Shown: positions 47,744 to 58,433 of the stretch, piece by piece
Layout of the letters: the number at the start of each line of letters is the position of its first letter
How positions within the stretch are numbered: position 1 is the first letter of the stretch
Origin: Nocardioidaceae bacterium
Lineage (GTDB): Bacteria; Actinomycetota; Actinomycetes; Propionibacteriales; Nocardioidaceae
Reading direction: 5' to 3'
Length of the DNA stretch: 64,000 nt
Assembly: GCA_025934895.1 (NCBI GenBank)
Contig: JAICWH010000002.1
Span: forward strand, 2,472-66,471
Program-made: the position numbers and the translations under genes
The notes under the pieces: generated by a model
What the model saw: the letters and a program-made list of their open reading frames with translations, nothing else
What the model was told of the DNA's origin: nothing
Databases searched by the model: none

Positions 47744-49473
47744 GCCGCCGCCTCTGCGGTCAGCTGGGAGGCCACGATCTCCTGGTAGGTCTCGCACGTC
47801 TCGAGGAGCTCCTCGTGTCGACCGCGACCCACGACGGCCCCGTCGTCGACGACCAGGATCTGGTCGGCGCCGATGATCGTGGACACCCGCTGCGCCACCA
47901 CCACCACCGTGGAGCGGGTCGTGACCGGGTCCAGCGCGGCGCGCAGCCGCGCGTCGGTGGCCAGGTCCAGCGCCGAGAAGGAGTCGTCGAACAGGTAGAT
48001 GACGGGCCGCCGGATCAGGGCCCGGGCGATCGCGAGCCGCTGCCGCTGACCGCCCGACACGTTGGAGCCGCCCTGGGTGATCGGCGCCTCGAGGCCCTCG
48101 GGCATCGCCTCCACGAAGTCGCGGGCCTGCGCTATCTCCAGGGCCTGCCACATCTCCTCGGGCGACGCGTCGGGCTTGCCGTAGCGGAGGTTGCTCGCCA
48201 CCGTGCCCGAGAACAGGAACGCCTTCTGCGGCACCAGCCCGATCTGGCTCCACAGCAGCTCCGGCTCGAGGCGGCGTACGTCGACCCCGTCGACGTACAC
48301 TCCCCCGCCGGTCACGTCGAAGAGCCGCGGCACCAGGTTGACCATCGTGGTCTTGCCGGCCCCGGTCGAGCCGATGACCGCGGTCGTCTCACCGGGACGA
48401 GCGGTGAACGACACGTGGCGCAGCACCGGCTCCTCCGCCCCGGGATAGGTGAACTGCACGTTGCGGAACTCCAGCAGCCCGCGGCCGAGGATCGTGGCGA
48501 CCGGCTCCGCCGGAGGCGCCACCGAGGAGTCGGTGTCCATGACCTCGCCGATCCGGTCGGCGCAGACCGAGGCCCGCGGCACCATCATCAGCATGAAGGT
48601 CGCCATCATCACCGACATCAGGATCTGCACGAGGTAGGCGAGGAACGCCGTGAGGGCACCGATCTGCATCGCGCCGGAGTCCACGCGGTGGCCACCGAAC
48701 CACAGCACCGCCACGCTCGAGACGTTCAGGATCAGCATCACGCTCGGGAACATGGTGGCCAGCCAGCGCCCGGTGGTGACCGCGACGGCGGTGAGCTCGT
48801 CGTTGGCGCGCCCGAACCGCTGGGCCTCGATGGGCTCGCGGACGAAGGCCCGGACCACGCGGATGCCGGTGATCTGCTCGCGGAGGATGCGGTTCACAGC
48901 GTCGATGCGGGTCTGCATCAGCCGGAACCCCGGCACCATCCGGGAGATGATGAAGCCGACGGTGCAGAACAGCAGGGGCACGCACACCACGAGCAGCCAG
49001 GAGAGCCCGAGGTCCTCGCGCATCGCCATCAGCACGCCCCCGACCATCATGATCGGCGCGGAGACCATCATCGTGCACGACATCAGCACCAGCATCTGCA
49101 CCTGCTGGACGTCGTTGGTGTTGCGGGTGATCAGCGAGGACGCACCCAGCTGGGACACCTCACGACTCGAGAACGCCCCCACCCGGTGGAAGATGCCGGC
49201 TCGCACGTCGCGGCCGAACCCCATGGCGGTGCGCGCTCCGACGTACACCGCGCCGGAGCTGCACAGGATCTGCACGAACGACACGACGAGCATCACCAGG
49301 CCGGTGCGGGTGATGTAGCCGGTGTTGCCGGTCGCGACGCCGTTGTCGATGATGTCGGCGTTCAGGCTGGGCAGGTAGAGCGCGGCCATGGTGCCGATGA
49401 ACTGCAGCAGCACCACGAGGGCGAGCTGAGGGCGGTAGACGCGCAGCCGCTCCCGGAGAAGTCGGACCAGCAC
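47740..49473 (-). CDS. ABC exporter half (TMD+NBD) with degenerate Walker B; heterodimer partner
   Basis: [25 protein letters not shown] (D for catalytic E), VAQR (Q for H). Confidence 0.92.
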   Translation of the reverse strand: MLVRLLRERLRVYRPQLALVVLLQFIGTMAALYLPSLNADIIDNGVATGNTGYITRTGLVMLVVSFVQILCSSGAVYVGARTAMGFGRDVRAGIFHRVGAFSSREVSQLGASSLITRNTNDVQQVQMLVLMSCTMMVSAPIMMVGGVLMAMREDLGLSWLLVVCVPLLFCTVGFIISRMVPGFRLMQTRIDAVNRILREQITGIRVVRAFVREPIEAQRFGRANDELTAVAVTTGRWLATMFPSVMLILNVSSVAVLWFGGHRVDSGAMQIGALTAFLAYLVQILMSVMMATFMLMMVPRASVCADRIGEVMDTDSSVAPPAEPVATILGRGLLEFRNVQFTYPGAEEPVLRHVSFTARPGETTAVIGSTGAGKTTMVNLVPRLFDVTGGGVYVDGVDVRRLEPELLWSQIGLVPQKAFLFSGTVASNLRYGKPDASPEEMWQALEIAQARDFVEAMPEGLEAPITQGGSNVSGGQRQRLAIARALIRRPVIYLFDDSFSALDLATDARLRAALDPVTTRSTVVVVAQRVSTIIGADQILVVDDGAVVGRGRHEELLETCETYQEIVASQLTAEAAA

Positions 49474-49583
49474 GCGTGTCTCCTATGAGGGTCGAGCGAG
49501 GACGGACCGCCGGCCCGAGCCTGTCGACGGTCCAGATCCGAGCGTACTGTCCGCACCGAGGCGACGACGAGCGAATTTGTCCG

Positions 49584-50540
49584 CTAGCCGTCCGCGTCCC
49601 CGCCCAGGGCCCTGACCACTGCGGAGGGACTCGGCCGGCCGAGCCGGGAAGCCATCCACAGCGAGGTGGACACGAGCCGGTCTAGGTCGACCCCGTGCTC
49701 GATCCCGAGCCCGGTGAGCAGCCACACCAGGTCCTCGGTGGCGAGGTTGCCGGTCGCGCTCTTGGCGTAGGGACAGCCGCCGAGGCCGCCCGTCGACGCG
49801 TCGAACGTGGTGACCCCGCAGCGCAGCGCTGCCACCGCGTTGGACAGCGCCTGGCCGTAGGTGTCGTGGAAGTGCATCGCGAGCGACTCGTTCGGCAGGC
49901 CGGCGTCGTTGAGGGCAGCCAGCAGTGCAGTCACGTGGCCCGGGGTCCCCGTGCCGATGGTGTCGCCCAGGGACAGCTCGGACGCGCCGAGGTCGACCAG
50001 CCGTCGGCCGACCGACACGACCTGGTCGACCGGGACCGCGCCCTCCCACGGGTCACCGAAGCACATCGACACGTAGGCCCGGACGTCCACGCCCGCATCA
50101 CGGGCCCGCCGCACGGTGGGCTCGAACATGGCGAACTGCTCGTCCAGGCTGCGGTTGAGGTTGCGCCGTGCGAAGGTCTCCGTGGCGCTGCCGAAGACCG
50201 CGATATGTCGCAGGCCCTTCTCCAGGGCACGGTCCAGTCCTCGCTCGTTGGGCACCAGCACCGGCATGTCGAGCGCCACGTCGCCCAGGTCGACCACCAG
50301 GGCGTCCACCAGGTCAGCCGCGTCCGCGAGCTGGGGTACCCACCTCGGATGCACGAAGCTGGTCGACTCGATGACGGGGAGCCCCGCGTCGACGAGCCGC
50401 CTGACGAGCTCGGCCTTGGTGGAGGTGGGGACCAGCGTCTGCTCGTTCTGCAGCCCGTCGCGCGGACCGACCTCGTAGATCCGCACCCGGCCGGGCAGCG
50501 ACGGGTCGGGAACCACCTGCGGCAGCCCCAGCGTCGTCAT
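49584..50540 (-). CDS. hmgL: Hydroxymethylglutaryl-CoA lyase
   Basis: YEVGPRDGLQNE, SLGDTIG, HFHDTYG, GLGGCPYA, GNLATEDL. Confidence 0.93.
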   Translation of the reverse strand: MTTLGLPQVVPDPSLPGRVRIYEVGPRDGLQNEQTLVPTSTKAELVRRLVDAGLPVIESTSFVHPRWVPQLADAADLVDALVVDLGDVALDMPVLVPNERGLDRALEKGLRHIAVFGSATETFARRNLNRSLDEQFAMFEPTVRRARDAGVDVRAYVSMCFGDPWEGAVPVDQVVSVGRRLVDLGASELSLGDTIGTGTPGHVTALLAALNDAGLPNESLAMHFHDTYGQALSNAVAALRCGVTTFDASTGGLGGCPYAKSATGNLATEDLVWLLTGLGIEHGVDLDRLVSTSLWMASRLGRPSPSAVVRALGGDADG

Positions 50541-52552
50541 CACTGCACCTCCCTCGCCGTGGTGTCGGAGGCTCGGTCGGTGTGGGCCACCCCCGCACCT
50601 GACCCGTCGGTGGGAGCGGCGGCGGGGGTGACGACGAACAGCGTCGCCCCCAACGCCACCTGCTCCCCCACCGCGGCGCCGACCGTCGTGACGGTCCCGG
50701 CTACGGGGGCCTTCAGGGACAGCTCCATCTTCATCGCCTCCAGGATGCCGAGCACGTCGCCGGCGTCCACCTCGTCGCCCTCGCTGACCGGCACGGACAG
50801 GACCGTCCCCGGCATCGGTGCGGAGACGGTGCCGTCTGCACCAGCGGCGACCGGCTCGGCGAACACGTCCGGCTTGCGGAACACGTGCCGCTGACCCCGG
50901 TGCACCACCTCGACGGTGTGCGCGGCGGCGTTCACGACCGCCTGCTCCCGGTGGTCTTCGATGCTGAGCACGGCGACGTGGTGCTCCGCGGACAGCTGCC
51001 GCACCTCGACCCCGTCGACGCGGCCGGTGCCGTCACCGGCCCGGTGCACCAGGACCGGCCGGTCCAGCTCCACGACGAAGGGTGCGCTGGGACCGGTGAG
51101 CCGCCAGCCGTCGCCTCGGAACGGGTGGCCGGGGTCGGCCTCGGCGGCCAGCATCGACTGGACCCACGCGGCGAAGACCCGCGCGACGTCGTCGTCGGGC
51201 TGCTCGAGCGTGGTCCGGTCCAGCCACGCGGTGTCGATGGTGGCGTCGCGGAACTCGTCGCTCGCGGCCACCGCCCGAAGGAACCCGACGTTCGTGGTGA
51301 GACCCAGCACCGCCGTGTCGTCGAGCGCGTCCACGAGCGCTCGACGCGCGCTCTCCCGGTCGGAGCCGTGCACGACCACCTTGCCGAGCATCGGGTCGTA
51401 GGCGGTCGAGACCACCTGTCCGCTCTCCAGCGCGGCATCCACCCGGGCTCGTCCCGGCCACCGGACCAGCACCGCGGTGCCGGCCTGCGGCAGGAAACCC
51501 CCGAACGGGTCCTCGGCGTAGACCCGGGCCTCGATCGCGTGCCCGGCGAGCGCGACGTCCTCCTGGATGAACGGCAACGGCTCGCCGGCGGCGACCAGCA
51601 GCTGGAGCGCGACGAGGTCGATCGGGGACCCGTCGACCTGCACCGCGAGCTCGGTCACCGGGTGCTCGACCTGCAGCCGGGTGTTCATCTCCAGGAAGTA
51701 GGCCTCCCCGGTGTCCGCGTCGAGCAGGAACTCCACGGTGCCGGCGTTCCGGTAGCCCACCTGCCGGGCCAGGGCCACCGCCGAGTCCGTGACCAGCGTC
51801 CTCACCCGGTCCGAGATGGTCGGGGCGGGGCACTCCTCGATCACCTTCTGGTGCCGTCGCTGGGTCGAGCAGTCCCGCTCGAAGAGGTGTACGACGTTGC
51901 CGTGCGCGTCCGCCAGCACCTGCACCTCGACGTGCCGGCCGTGCTCGACGTACTTCTCCAGGAGCATCGTGTCGTCGCCGAACGCCGCACGCGCCTCCCG
52001 CCTGGCGGAGGCCACCGCCGCATCCAGCTCAGCGGGGTCCCGGACCACCCGCATCCCCTTCCCGCCGCCCCCTGCGGCGGCCTTCACGAGCAGCGGGTAG
52101 CCCACCGCCGGCGCCGAGCTGTCAGCCCCGGACGCCCCAGCCAGCTCAGCGGACGGTACGACGGGGACGCCGGCCGCCACGGCGACTTTCCGCGCGAGGT
52201 CCTTGCGACCCATCCGGTCCATCACGTCGGCCGAGGGCCCGACGAAGACCAGACCGGCCTCGGTGACCGCACGGGCGAAGGCGGCGCGCTCGGACAGGAA
52301 GCCGTACCCCGGATGCACCGCGTCCGCGCCGGTGCGCCGCGCCGCGTCGAGGACGGCGTCGATGCTGAGGTAGGACTCGGCCGCGGGGGTGGGGCCGATC
52401 CGCACCGCCACGTCGGCGGCGCGCACGTGGGGAGCCTCGCGGTCGGCGTCGGAGTAGACCGCGACCGTGCGGAGCCCGGCCGCCCGGGCGCTGCGGATCA
52501 CCCGCAGGGCGATCTCGCCCCGGTTCGCGACCAGCAGGGTGGAGAAGGTCAT
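50540..52552 (-). CDS. liuD: Biotin carboxylase / biotin-carrier subunit (3-methylcrotonyl-CoA carboxylase alpha-like)
   Basis: VANRGEIA, HPGYGFLSE, GGGGKGMR, EMNTRLQVEHP, EAMKME biotin motif. Confidence 0.9.
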   Translation of the reverse strand: MTFSTLLVANRGEIALRVIRSARAAGLRTVAVYSDADREAPHVRAADVAVRIGPTPAAESYLSIDAVLDAARRTGADAVHPGYGFLSERAAFARAVTEAGLVFVGPSADVMDRMGRKDLARKVAVAAGVPVVPSAELAGASGADSSAPAVGYPLLVKAAAGGGGKGMRVVRDPAELDAAVASARREARAAFGDDTMLLEKYVEHGRHVEVQVLADAHGNVVHLFERDCSTQRRHQKVIEECPAPTISDRVRTLVTDSAVALARQVGYRNAGTVEFLLDADTGEAYFLEMNTRLQVEHPVTELAVQVDGSPIDLVALQLLVAAGEPLPFIQEDVALAGHAIEARVYAEDPFGGFLPQAGTAVLVRWPGRARVDAALESGQVVSTAYDPMLGKVVVHGSDRESARRALVDALDDTAVLGLTTNVGFLRAVAASDEFRDATIDTAWLDRTTLEQPDDDVARVFAAWVQSMLAAEADPGHPFRGDGWRLTGPSAPFVVELDRPVLVHRAGDGTGRVDGVEVRQLSAEHHVAVLSIEDHREQAVVNAAAHTVEVVHRGQRHVFRKPDVFAEPVAAGADGTVSAPMPGTVLSVPVSEGDEVDAGDVLGILEAMKMELSLKAPVAGTVTTVGAAVGEQVALGATLFVVTPAAAPTDGSGAGVAHTDRASDTTAREVQ

Positions 52553-52559
52553 CTCGCGC

Positions 52560-54122
52560 TCACATCCTGAAGATGCCGTAGGAGGGCTCCGGGACCGGCG
52601 CGTTGGACGCGGCCGCGAGACCCATGCCGAGCACCCGCCTGGTGTCGACCGGGTCGATCACCCCGTCGTCCCAGATCCGTGCGGTGGAGTAGTACGGCGA
52701 CCCCTGGTGCTCGTACTGCTCGCGGACCGGCGCCTTGAAGGCCTCCTCGTCCTCGGCCGACCACTCCTCGCCCCGAGCCTCGAAGCCGTCGCGGCGGACC
52801 GTCCCCAGCACGGCCGCAGCCTGCTCGCCGCCCATCACCGAGATCCGGGCGTTCGGCCACATCCACAAGAACCGCGGGTCGTAGGCGCGCCCGCACATGC
52901 CGTAGTTGCCGGCCCCGAACGACCCCCCGATCACCACCGTCAGCTTCGGCACCACGGAGCAGGCGACCGCGGTGACCAGCTTGGCTCCGTCGCGGGCGAT
53001 GCCGCCGGTCTCGGCGTCGCGGCCGACCATGAAGCCGGTGATGTTCTGCAGGAACACCAGCGGGATGCCGCGCTGGTTGCACAGCTCGATGAAGTGCGCG
53101 CCCTTCAGGGACGAGGTGGAGAACAGGATCCCGTTGTTGGCCAGGATCCCGACCGGGTAGCCCCACACCCGTGCGAACCCGCACACCAGGGTCTCCCCGT
53201 AGAGCGCCTTGAACTCGTGGAACCTGCTGCCGTCCACCATCCGGCGGATCACCTCGCGGACGTCGTACGGCGTGCGGGAGTCGGTGGGAACGACGTCGTA
53301 CAAGCCGTGCGGGTCCTCGGCCGGCTCCTCGGGCTCGTGCTGGACCAGGGAAGGCGGCATCCGACGCTCGAAGGTCGCCACGATCGACCGCACGATGGCG
53401 AGCGCCTCCGCGTCGTCGCTGGCCAGGTGGTCGACCACGCCTGAGCGGCGGGCGTGCACGTCGCCGCCGCCGAGCTCCTCCGCGGTGACCACCTCGCCGG
53501 TCGCCGCCTTCACCAGCGGTGGGCCGCCGAGGAAGATCGTGCCCTGCTCCTTGACGATCACGCTCTCGTCCGACATCGCCGGCACGTAGGCACCGCCGGC
53601 GGTGCACGACCCCATCACGGCGGCCACCTGCGGGATGCCCTGCGCCGAGAGGTTCGCCTGGTTGAAGAAGATGCGCCCGAAGTGCTCCTTGTCCGGGAAC
53701 ACCTCGTCCTGCATCGGCAGGAACGCCCCGCCGGAGTCGACCAGGTAGACGCACGGCAGCCGGTTCACCCGCGCCACCTCCTGCGCACGCAGGTGCTTCT
53801 TGACCGTCACCGGGTAGTAGGTGCCGCCCTTGACGGTCGCGTCGTTGGCGACCACGACGCACTCGCGGCCGCTGACCCTGCCGACCCCGGTGACGATCCC
53901 CGCCGACGGGACGGCGTCGTCGTACATCCCGGTCGCGGCTAGCGCGCTCAGCTCGAGGAACGGGCTGCCCGGGTCGAGGAGCCGGTCGACGCGGTCCCGG
54001 GCCAGCAGCTTGCCGCGCGCGAGGTGCCGGTCGCGCGCGGAGCGGCTGCCTCCCGCCCCGTCCTGGCGGACGGCGGCCAGCCGGCCGCGCAGGTCCTTCA
54101 CCAGCGCCAGCATGTCCGTCAT
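52560..54122 (-). CDS. liuB: Carboxyltransferase subunit (3-methylcrotonyl-CoA carboxylase beta-like)
   Basis: [42 protein letters not shown]; GGAGGGAG RBS before ATG 54122. Confidence 0.92.
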   Translation of the reverse strand: MTDMLALVKDLRGRLAAVRQDGAGGSRSARDRHLARGKLLARDRVDRLLDPGSPFLELSALAATGMYDDAVPSAGIVTGVGRVSGRECVVVANDATVKGGTYYPVTVKKHLRAQEVARVNRLPCVYLVDSGGAFLPMQDEVFPDKEHFGRIFFNQANLSAQGIPQVAAVMGSCTAGGAYVPAMSDESVIVKEQGTIFLGGPPLVKAATGEVVTAEELGGGDVHARRSGVVDHLASDDAEALAIVRSIVATFERRMPPSLVQHEPEEPAEDPHGLYDVVPTDSRTPYDVREVIRRMVDGSRFHEFKALYGETLVCGFARVWGYPVGILANNGILFSTSSLKGAHFIELCNQRGIPLVFLQNITGFMVGRDAETGGIARDGAKLVTAVACSVVPKLTVVIGGSFGAGNYGMCGRAYDPRFLWMWPNARISVMGGEQAAAVLGTVRRDGFEARGEEWSAEDEEAFKAPVREQYEHQGSPYYSTARIWDDGVIDPVDTRRVLGMGLAAASNAPVPEPSYGIFRM

Positions 54123-54149
54123 CGGTGCTCCCTCCGGGTCGGACACAGG

Positions 54150-54593
54150 TTAGCGGCCGCGGTCCCTCGGGTACGGCCGGACGACCACAGGTCCGGCAAT
54201 GATCGGAGGGCGGCTTCCTCGCACGGTCGAGGACGGGTCGGGGTGGGTCGGTGGCCGTTGTGGTGGCTGTTGTGGTGGCTGTTGTGGTGGCCGTTGTTGG
54301 GCGGGGTGTTCCGCCGGCTGTCCGGGCGGAGGAGCGGCAGCACCGGACACGGGAGACCCACTCGAGTCGGGGGACCCACTCGCGTCGGGGGACTCGATGG
54401 CGGGGGCCAGCAGCCGGTAGGCCTCGACGACGGCCGCGAACCGCTGACCGGCTGAGGCGTCCGTCCGACCGGTGGCATCCGGGTGGCACAGCTTCGCGAG
54501 CCGGCGGAAGGCGCTGGTGATGTCGGCCGCGGACGCCGTCGCGGGCAGCCCGAGCACGCCGAGCGCGTCCCTCCTCGAGATCGGCCGCACCAT
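54150..54593 (-). CDS. J-domain protein with low-complexity Pro/Gln tail
   Basis: [34 protein letters not shown] (HPD motif). Confidence 0.8.
   Translation of the reverse strand: MVRPISRRDALGVLGLPATASAADITSAFRRLAKLCHPDATGRTDASAGQRFAAVVEAYRLLAPAIESPDASGSPDSSGSPVSGAAAPPPGQPAEHPAQQRPPQQPPQQPPQRPPTHPDPSSTVRGSRPPIIAGPVVVRPYPRDRGR
54251..54298. repeat. 12-bp tandem repeat x4 within the J-domain gene (encodes PQQP-like units)
   Basis: GTGG(C/T)(C/T)GTTGTG-type units at 54251, 54263, 54275, 54287. Confidence 0.85.
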
Positions 54594-54729
54594 GGCCCCT
54601 CCCTCCGTCGGAAAAAGTCGCCCACCGCCCCTTGATCTGTCCGGAGCACCATGTTATATGAAATGTGTAACGGCGCCTATAGGTAGGAGGCGTCAGGACA
54701 GATCACGATGTGCTGTGGAGGTGGTAGTC

Positions 54730-55164
54730 ATGTTGATGCGCACCGACCCGTTCCGTGAGGTAGACCGACTGGCACAACAGCTGCTCGGCGCCGGCACCAC
54801 GTCGCGTCCTGCGGTGATGGCGATGGATGCCTGGCGAGAGGGCGACACGTTCGTCGTCGAGTTCGACCTTCCCGGCGTGCAGAAGGACACCCTGGACATC
54901 GACGTGGAGCGCAACGTCCTCACCGTGAAGGCTGAGCGCTCGCCACGCAACGGGGACTGGGAGATGCTCGCCGCCGAACGGCCCACCGGCCTGTTCAGCC
55001 GCCAGCTCGTGCTGGGTGACAACCTCGACCTCGAGCGGATCGCGGCAGACTACGACGCCGGGGTGCTGCGACTGCGGATCCCCGTGGCCGAGCAGGCGAA
55101 GCCGCGCAAGATCGAGGTCTCGAGCGGCTCCACCTCACGGGAGCAGACCCAGATCTCGTCCTGA
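54730..55164 (+). CDS. hsp20: Hsp20 / alpha-crystallin small heat-shock protein (Hsp18-like)
   Basis: [50 protein letters not shown]. Confidence 0.93.
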   Translation: MLMRTDPFREVDRLAQQLLGAGTTSRPAVMAMDAWREGDTFVVEFDLPGVQKDTLDIDVERNVLTVKAERSPRNGDWEMLAAERPTGLFSRQLVLGDNLDLERIAADYDAGVLRLRIPVAEQAKPRKIEVSSGSTSREQTQISS

Positions 55165-55368
55165 CCCGCAGGGGGCCGGATGGGGTGGTGGCGTGCCTAT
55201 CGCCCTGCACCGATACAGGGACCGCATCGGCCACGTCGGCCCGGGCACGACCACCACCCCGCACCGGCCGTCGGACAGCGCCCGCTGCTGCGCGGCTCGG
55301 GCCACCGGGCCCGGCAACGCGGACCGTCCGTGTGCCCCTGAACGACCCGTCGACCGGGCGACGAGCCC

Positions 55369-56271
55369 TCAGGGCACCAGGGCGAGCTTGCCGCGGACGT
55401 GGCCGCCCTGGCTGATCCGGTAGGCCTCCTCGGCGCGGTCGAACGGGAACGTCTGCACCTTGACCACCAGCTGGTTCTGCTCCAGCAGGTCCTTCACCTC
55501 CGCCAGCGCCTTCGTCGGCTGCGCGTCCGCTCCACCCACGGTGACCTGGGCGCCGACCTCACCGGCGGAGAAGTTCGCGATGCTCAGCACCTTGGCGGGG
55601 GCCGGCACCAGCGCCACGAGCTGCTCGACGGGGGTCTTGCCCGCCACGTCGAAGACCGCGTCGACCGGCCCGCCGGTGGCGGCCACGACCCGGTCGCCCA
55701 TGCCCTCGCCGTAGAGCACCGGGATGGCCCCGATCTCCTCCAGATATCCGTGGTTCGCCTCGCTCGAGGAGGCGACGACCCGGATGCCACGGGCCACGGC
55801 CATCTGCACCGCGATCGCGCCCACGCCGCCTGCACCCCCGTCGATGAGGAGGGTCTCACCGGCCTCGACGCCGAGCAGGCGCAGGGCCCGCTCGGACGTC
55901 TCACCACCGACGCCTACAGCTGCCGCGACCGCCCAGTCGACGGAGGAGGGCTTGGCAGCCCACGATGCGAGTACGGCGTGCTCCGCCTGGGTGTTGCTGC
56001 CCAGGCCGAAGACGTCGTCACCCACGGCGACGCCCGTGACACCGTCACCGACCTCGTCGACGACGCCGGCAGCGTCGTGCCCGAGATAACCCGTGCCGGT
56101 CATGGGCTGCCCGCCGGACATCATGCCCGTGAAGAGCTTCCAGTCGATCGGGTTCACGCTGGCGGCGCGCACCTCGACGCGGACCTGTCCAGGCCCTGCG
56201 TGCACGTCCGGGGCGGCTGTCCACGAGAGAACCTCGGGGCCTCCGTGGGTCGTGTACTGCAACGCGTGCAT
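55369..56271 (-). CDS. NADPH:quinone oxidoreductase-like MDR family protein
   Basis: YTTHGGPEVL, AASVNPIDWK, DGGAGGVG, GHVRGKL. Confidence 0.9.
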   Translation of the reverse strand: MHALQYTTHGGPEVLSWTAAPDVHAGPGQVRVEVRAASVNPIDWKLFTGMMSGGQPMTGTGYLGHDAAGVVDEVGDGVTGVAVGDDVFGLGSNTQAEHAVLASWAAKPSSVDWAVAAAVGVGGETSERALRLLGVEAGETLLIDGGAGGVGAIAVQMAVARGIRVVASSSEANHGYLEEIGAIPVLYGEGMGDRVVAATGGPVDAVFDVAGKTPVEQLVALVPAPAKVLSIANFSAGEVGAQVTVGGADAQPTKALAEVKDLLEQNQLVVKVQTFPFDRAEEAYRISQGGHVRGKLALVP

Positions 56272-56361
56272 CGGGCTCCCTCGGGATCGGTCGATCGGCG
56301 CTCGAGTCTAATCCCGGAGATCGTGCGTGGCTCGCACGGGCGGGAGCGACAGGACCGGCCC

Positions 56362-57081
56362 TCAGCTGGTGAGCAGGTCCGCGGTGACCGTGCCCCCCAC
56401 GACCTCGGAGGCGACGACGCTCAGCGCCAGGTTGTGGCTGCGGGCGTGTGCCCGCATCCTGGCGAACGCCTCGCCCACACTCACCCCCGCTCGCGCGGAC
56501 AGTGCGCCCTTGGCCTGCTCGACCAGCACCCGGCTGTGAAGTGCCGACTGGAGCTGTTCGGAGAGGATCGTCTGCTCGTGGGCCAGCTGCTGGTGGAGCA
56601 GCCCGATCGTCGCGACGTCCGCCATCGCCTGACCGACTCCGAGGTCGGTGCTGGTCAGGTGCACCGGCTGGTCGGTGAAGAGGTTCAGCGCACCGATCAC
56701 CGTGCCGCGCAACCGCATCGGCAGCGCGTGGGTAGCCCCGAACCCCGCCTCGACGGCGGCCGGGGTGAAGATCGGCCACCTCTTGTTCGCCTCGACGAGC
56801 TCGACGTTGGTCACGGCTTCGCCCGTCATGAAGCACTCCAGACAGGGCCCCTCCTGCACCTGCAGCTCGAAGACCTCGAGCACCCTGGCACGCTCCAGGG
56901 TCGCGGTCATCAGCTGCAGACCGCCGCGCTGGTCGCTGAGCATCAGCCCGGCCGCGTCGGCGCCCAGCAGCTCCACGCACCGGTCGGTCAGGGTCTGCAG
57001 GAAGTCGACCACGTCGAAGTCCTCGATCAGGGTGTCCGCAAGCTCCACGAAGACCTGCGCCAGCCGCTTCGACTCATCCAT
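56362..57081 (-). CDS. GAF + ANTAR domain protein
   Basis: VFVELADTL..GPCLEC..LPMRLRG..SRVLVEQAKGAL..AFARMRAHARSHN. Confidence 0.9.
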   Translation of the reverse strand: MDESKRLAQVFVELADTLIEDFDVVDFLQTLTDRCVELLGADAAGLMLSDQRGGLQLMTATLERARVLEVFELQVQEGPCLECFMTGEAVTNVELVEANKRWPIFTPAAVEAGFGATHALPMRLRGTVIGALNLFTDQPVHLTSTDLGVGQAMADVATIGLLHQQLAHEQTILSEQLQSALHSRVLVEQAKGALSARAGVSVGEAFARMRAHARSHNLALSVVASEVVGGTVTADLLTS

Positions 57082-57190
57082 CTGCCTCTCCCGTTCCCAC
57101 CGTCCCGGTCGGCCGTCGTGACGGCGGCCGGTCACCACACCCGCTGCCCGGCCGTCGGCTGGCTCGTCGCCATGGCCCGGCGAGGTCGCC

Positions 57191-57907
57191 CTACCCGGCA
57201 AGGGTGTCGTCACCGAAGGATAGGGAGCCGTGCACCACGTCGCGGGCAAGTTCCACGATAGGCCGTTCCGATGCGTAGGCGCGCGCTCGCAGCCGCACCA
57301 AGGCCTCGGAGATGTCCACGTCCGCCTGGACCGAGATGATCCCGGTGGCCTGGTGGACCTCGGCCCGGTCTTCCAGAACCGGGATCGCGCCCAGCTCGCC
57401 GCCATCGGTGGAACGCTGCGCCTGCAGGTGCAGCAGGACCGCGGTGGCAGCGGACGCGAAGGAGAGCGCCTCGGTCATGTCCGCCTGCGAGAGCTCGCCG
57501 GCCCGGTCGCGATAGAGGTCCAGCACCCCGAGCCGGATGCCACCCACCCGGAGCGGAAAAGCGAAGATCGCCCGGATCCCGGCATCCAGCGCACCGGCGG
57601 AGAAGGCCGGCCACCGCTCCGGGCCGGTCCTCGCCAGGTCGGGCTGCAGGACCGGCCGCCCCGTCCGCGAGCTCTCCACGCAGGGGCCGTCCCCCAAGGT
57701 GAACTGGAGGTCCTCCATGGTCGCCGCCGGCGAGTCGCTGGTCGCCACGATCCCGGCCGGCCCCTGGTCGGTCATCAGGATCAGGCCCACCCCGCTCACC
57801 GGCAGCGCCGCAGTGCAGGCCCGGATCAGCCGCGGAGGGACATCGCTGGCCCGCCCGGCACCGTCGACGACGACGGCCAGGATCTCCGCCACTCGCGTCG
57901 ACGCCAC
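57191..57907 (-). CDS. GAF + ANTAR domain protein
   Basis: LQFTLGDGPC, FAFPLRVGG..LDLY, VHQATGIISVQ..ALVRLRARAY. Confidence 0.9.
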   Translation of the reverse strand: MASTRVAEILAVVVDGAGRASDVPPRLIRACTAALPVSGVGLILMTDQGPAGIVATSDSPAATMEDLQFTLGDGPCVESSRTGRPVLQPDLARTGPERWPAFSAGALDAGIRAIFAFPLRVGGIRLGVLDLYRDRAGELSQADMTEALSFASAATAVLLHLQAQRSTDGGELGAIPVLEDRAEVHQATGIISVQADVDISEALVRLRARAYASERPIVELARDVVHGSLSFGDDTLAG

Positions 57908-58014
57908 AGCGGATCACCCACCTCGTCCGACGGTCCCACCTCGGGTCGACCTGGCCCGAAGCTCCAGCCTAGTGGGGTTGTCGCACAGCCCGCCGGATCA
58001 TGGAACGGCCGGAG

Positions 58015-58224
58015 ATGCCCGAGCACAAGCCCTACCTCGGCGACACGATCACGTCCGGGGAGGAGGTCGCCGGGTGGCTCAGGGAGCTGAGCAGCGGCCG
58101 GGAGGCGACGACTCCCAGGCCGAGACGCGACCGGAGCGATGGTGAGAGCCGGAGCGATGGTGAGGGCCGCGAGCCGCATGCCCCGACGGGTCGAGGGGTA
58201 CCCGATGAGCACGGGCCGCACTGA
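58015..58224 (+). CDS. Possible small hypothetical protein
   Basis: First ~30 codons have coding-like G/C third positions (MPEHKPYLGDTITSGEEVAGWLREL); the tail includes an 18-bp duplication and looks less coding-like. Confidence 0.35.
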   Translation: MPEHKPYLGDTITSGEEVAGWLRELSSGREATTPRPRRDRSDGESRSDGEGREPHAPTGRGVPDEHGPH

Positions 58225-58433
58225 GTTCATGCACGCGGCGCCGAGATCCCTGGGGTCAAGAAGCCGCCCCAGGGGTCGCGTCACCTACCCGCCCGAAAAC
58301 CCCGCCGACCCGGCCCGTCCGCAGGCCGAGACCCCGCCGACCCGCCGTCGCACCCTGCGCAGCTGCCGGCCTACGCCGCGAGGTGGCCAGCAACCGGTGT
58401 CAGACTTGAGCAGCCGGACAGTAGGAGAACGTG

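Noticed and set aside
49490-49560. GAGCCTGTCGA segment resembling a REP half-site
   Set aside because: Single short degenerate occurrence with no partner arm in the window
54631-54653. HAIR (HspR) operator upstream of hsp20
   Set aside because: Only CTTGA matches CTTGAGT-N7-ACTCAAG; the second half-site is absent
58132-58167. 18-bp tandem duplication GGAGCGATGGTGAG(A/G)GCC as a regulatory repeat
   Set aside because: Only two copies with no other occurrence; most simply a local slippage event
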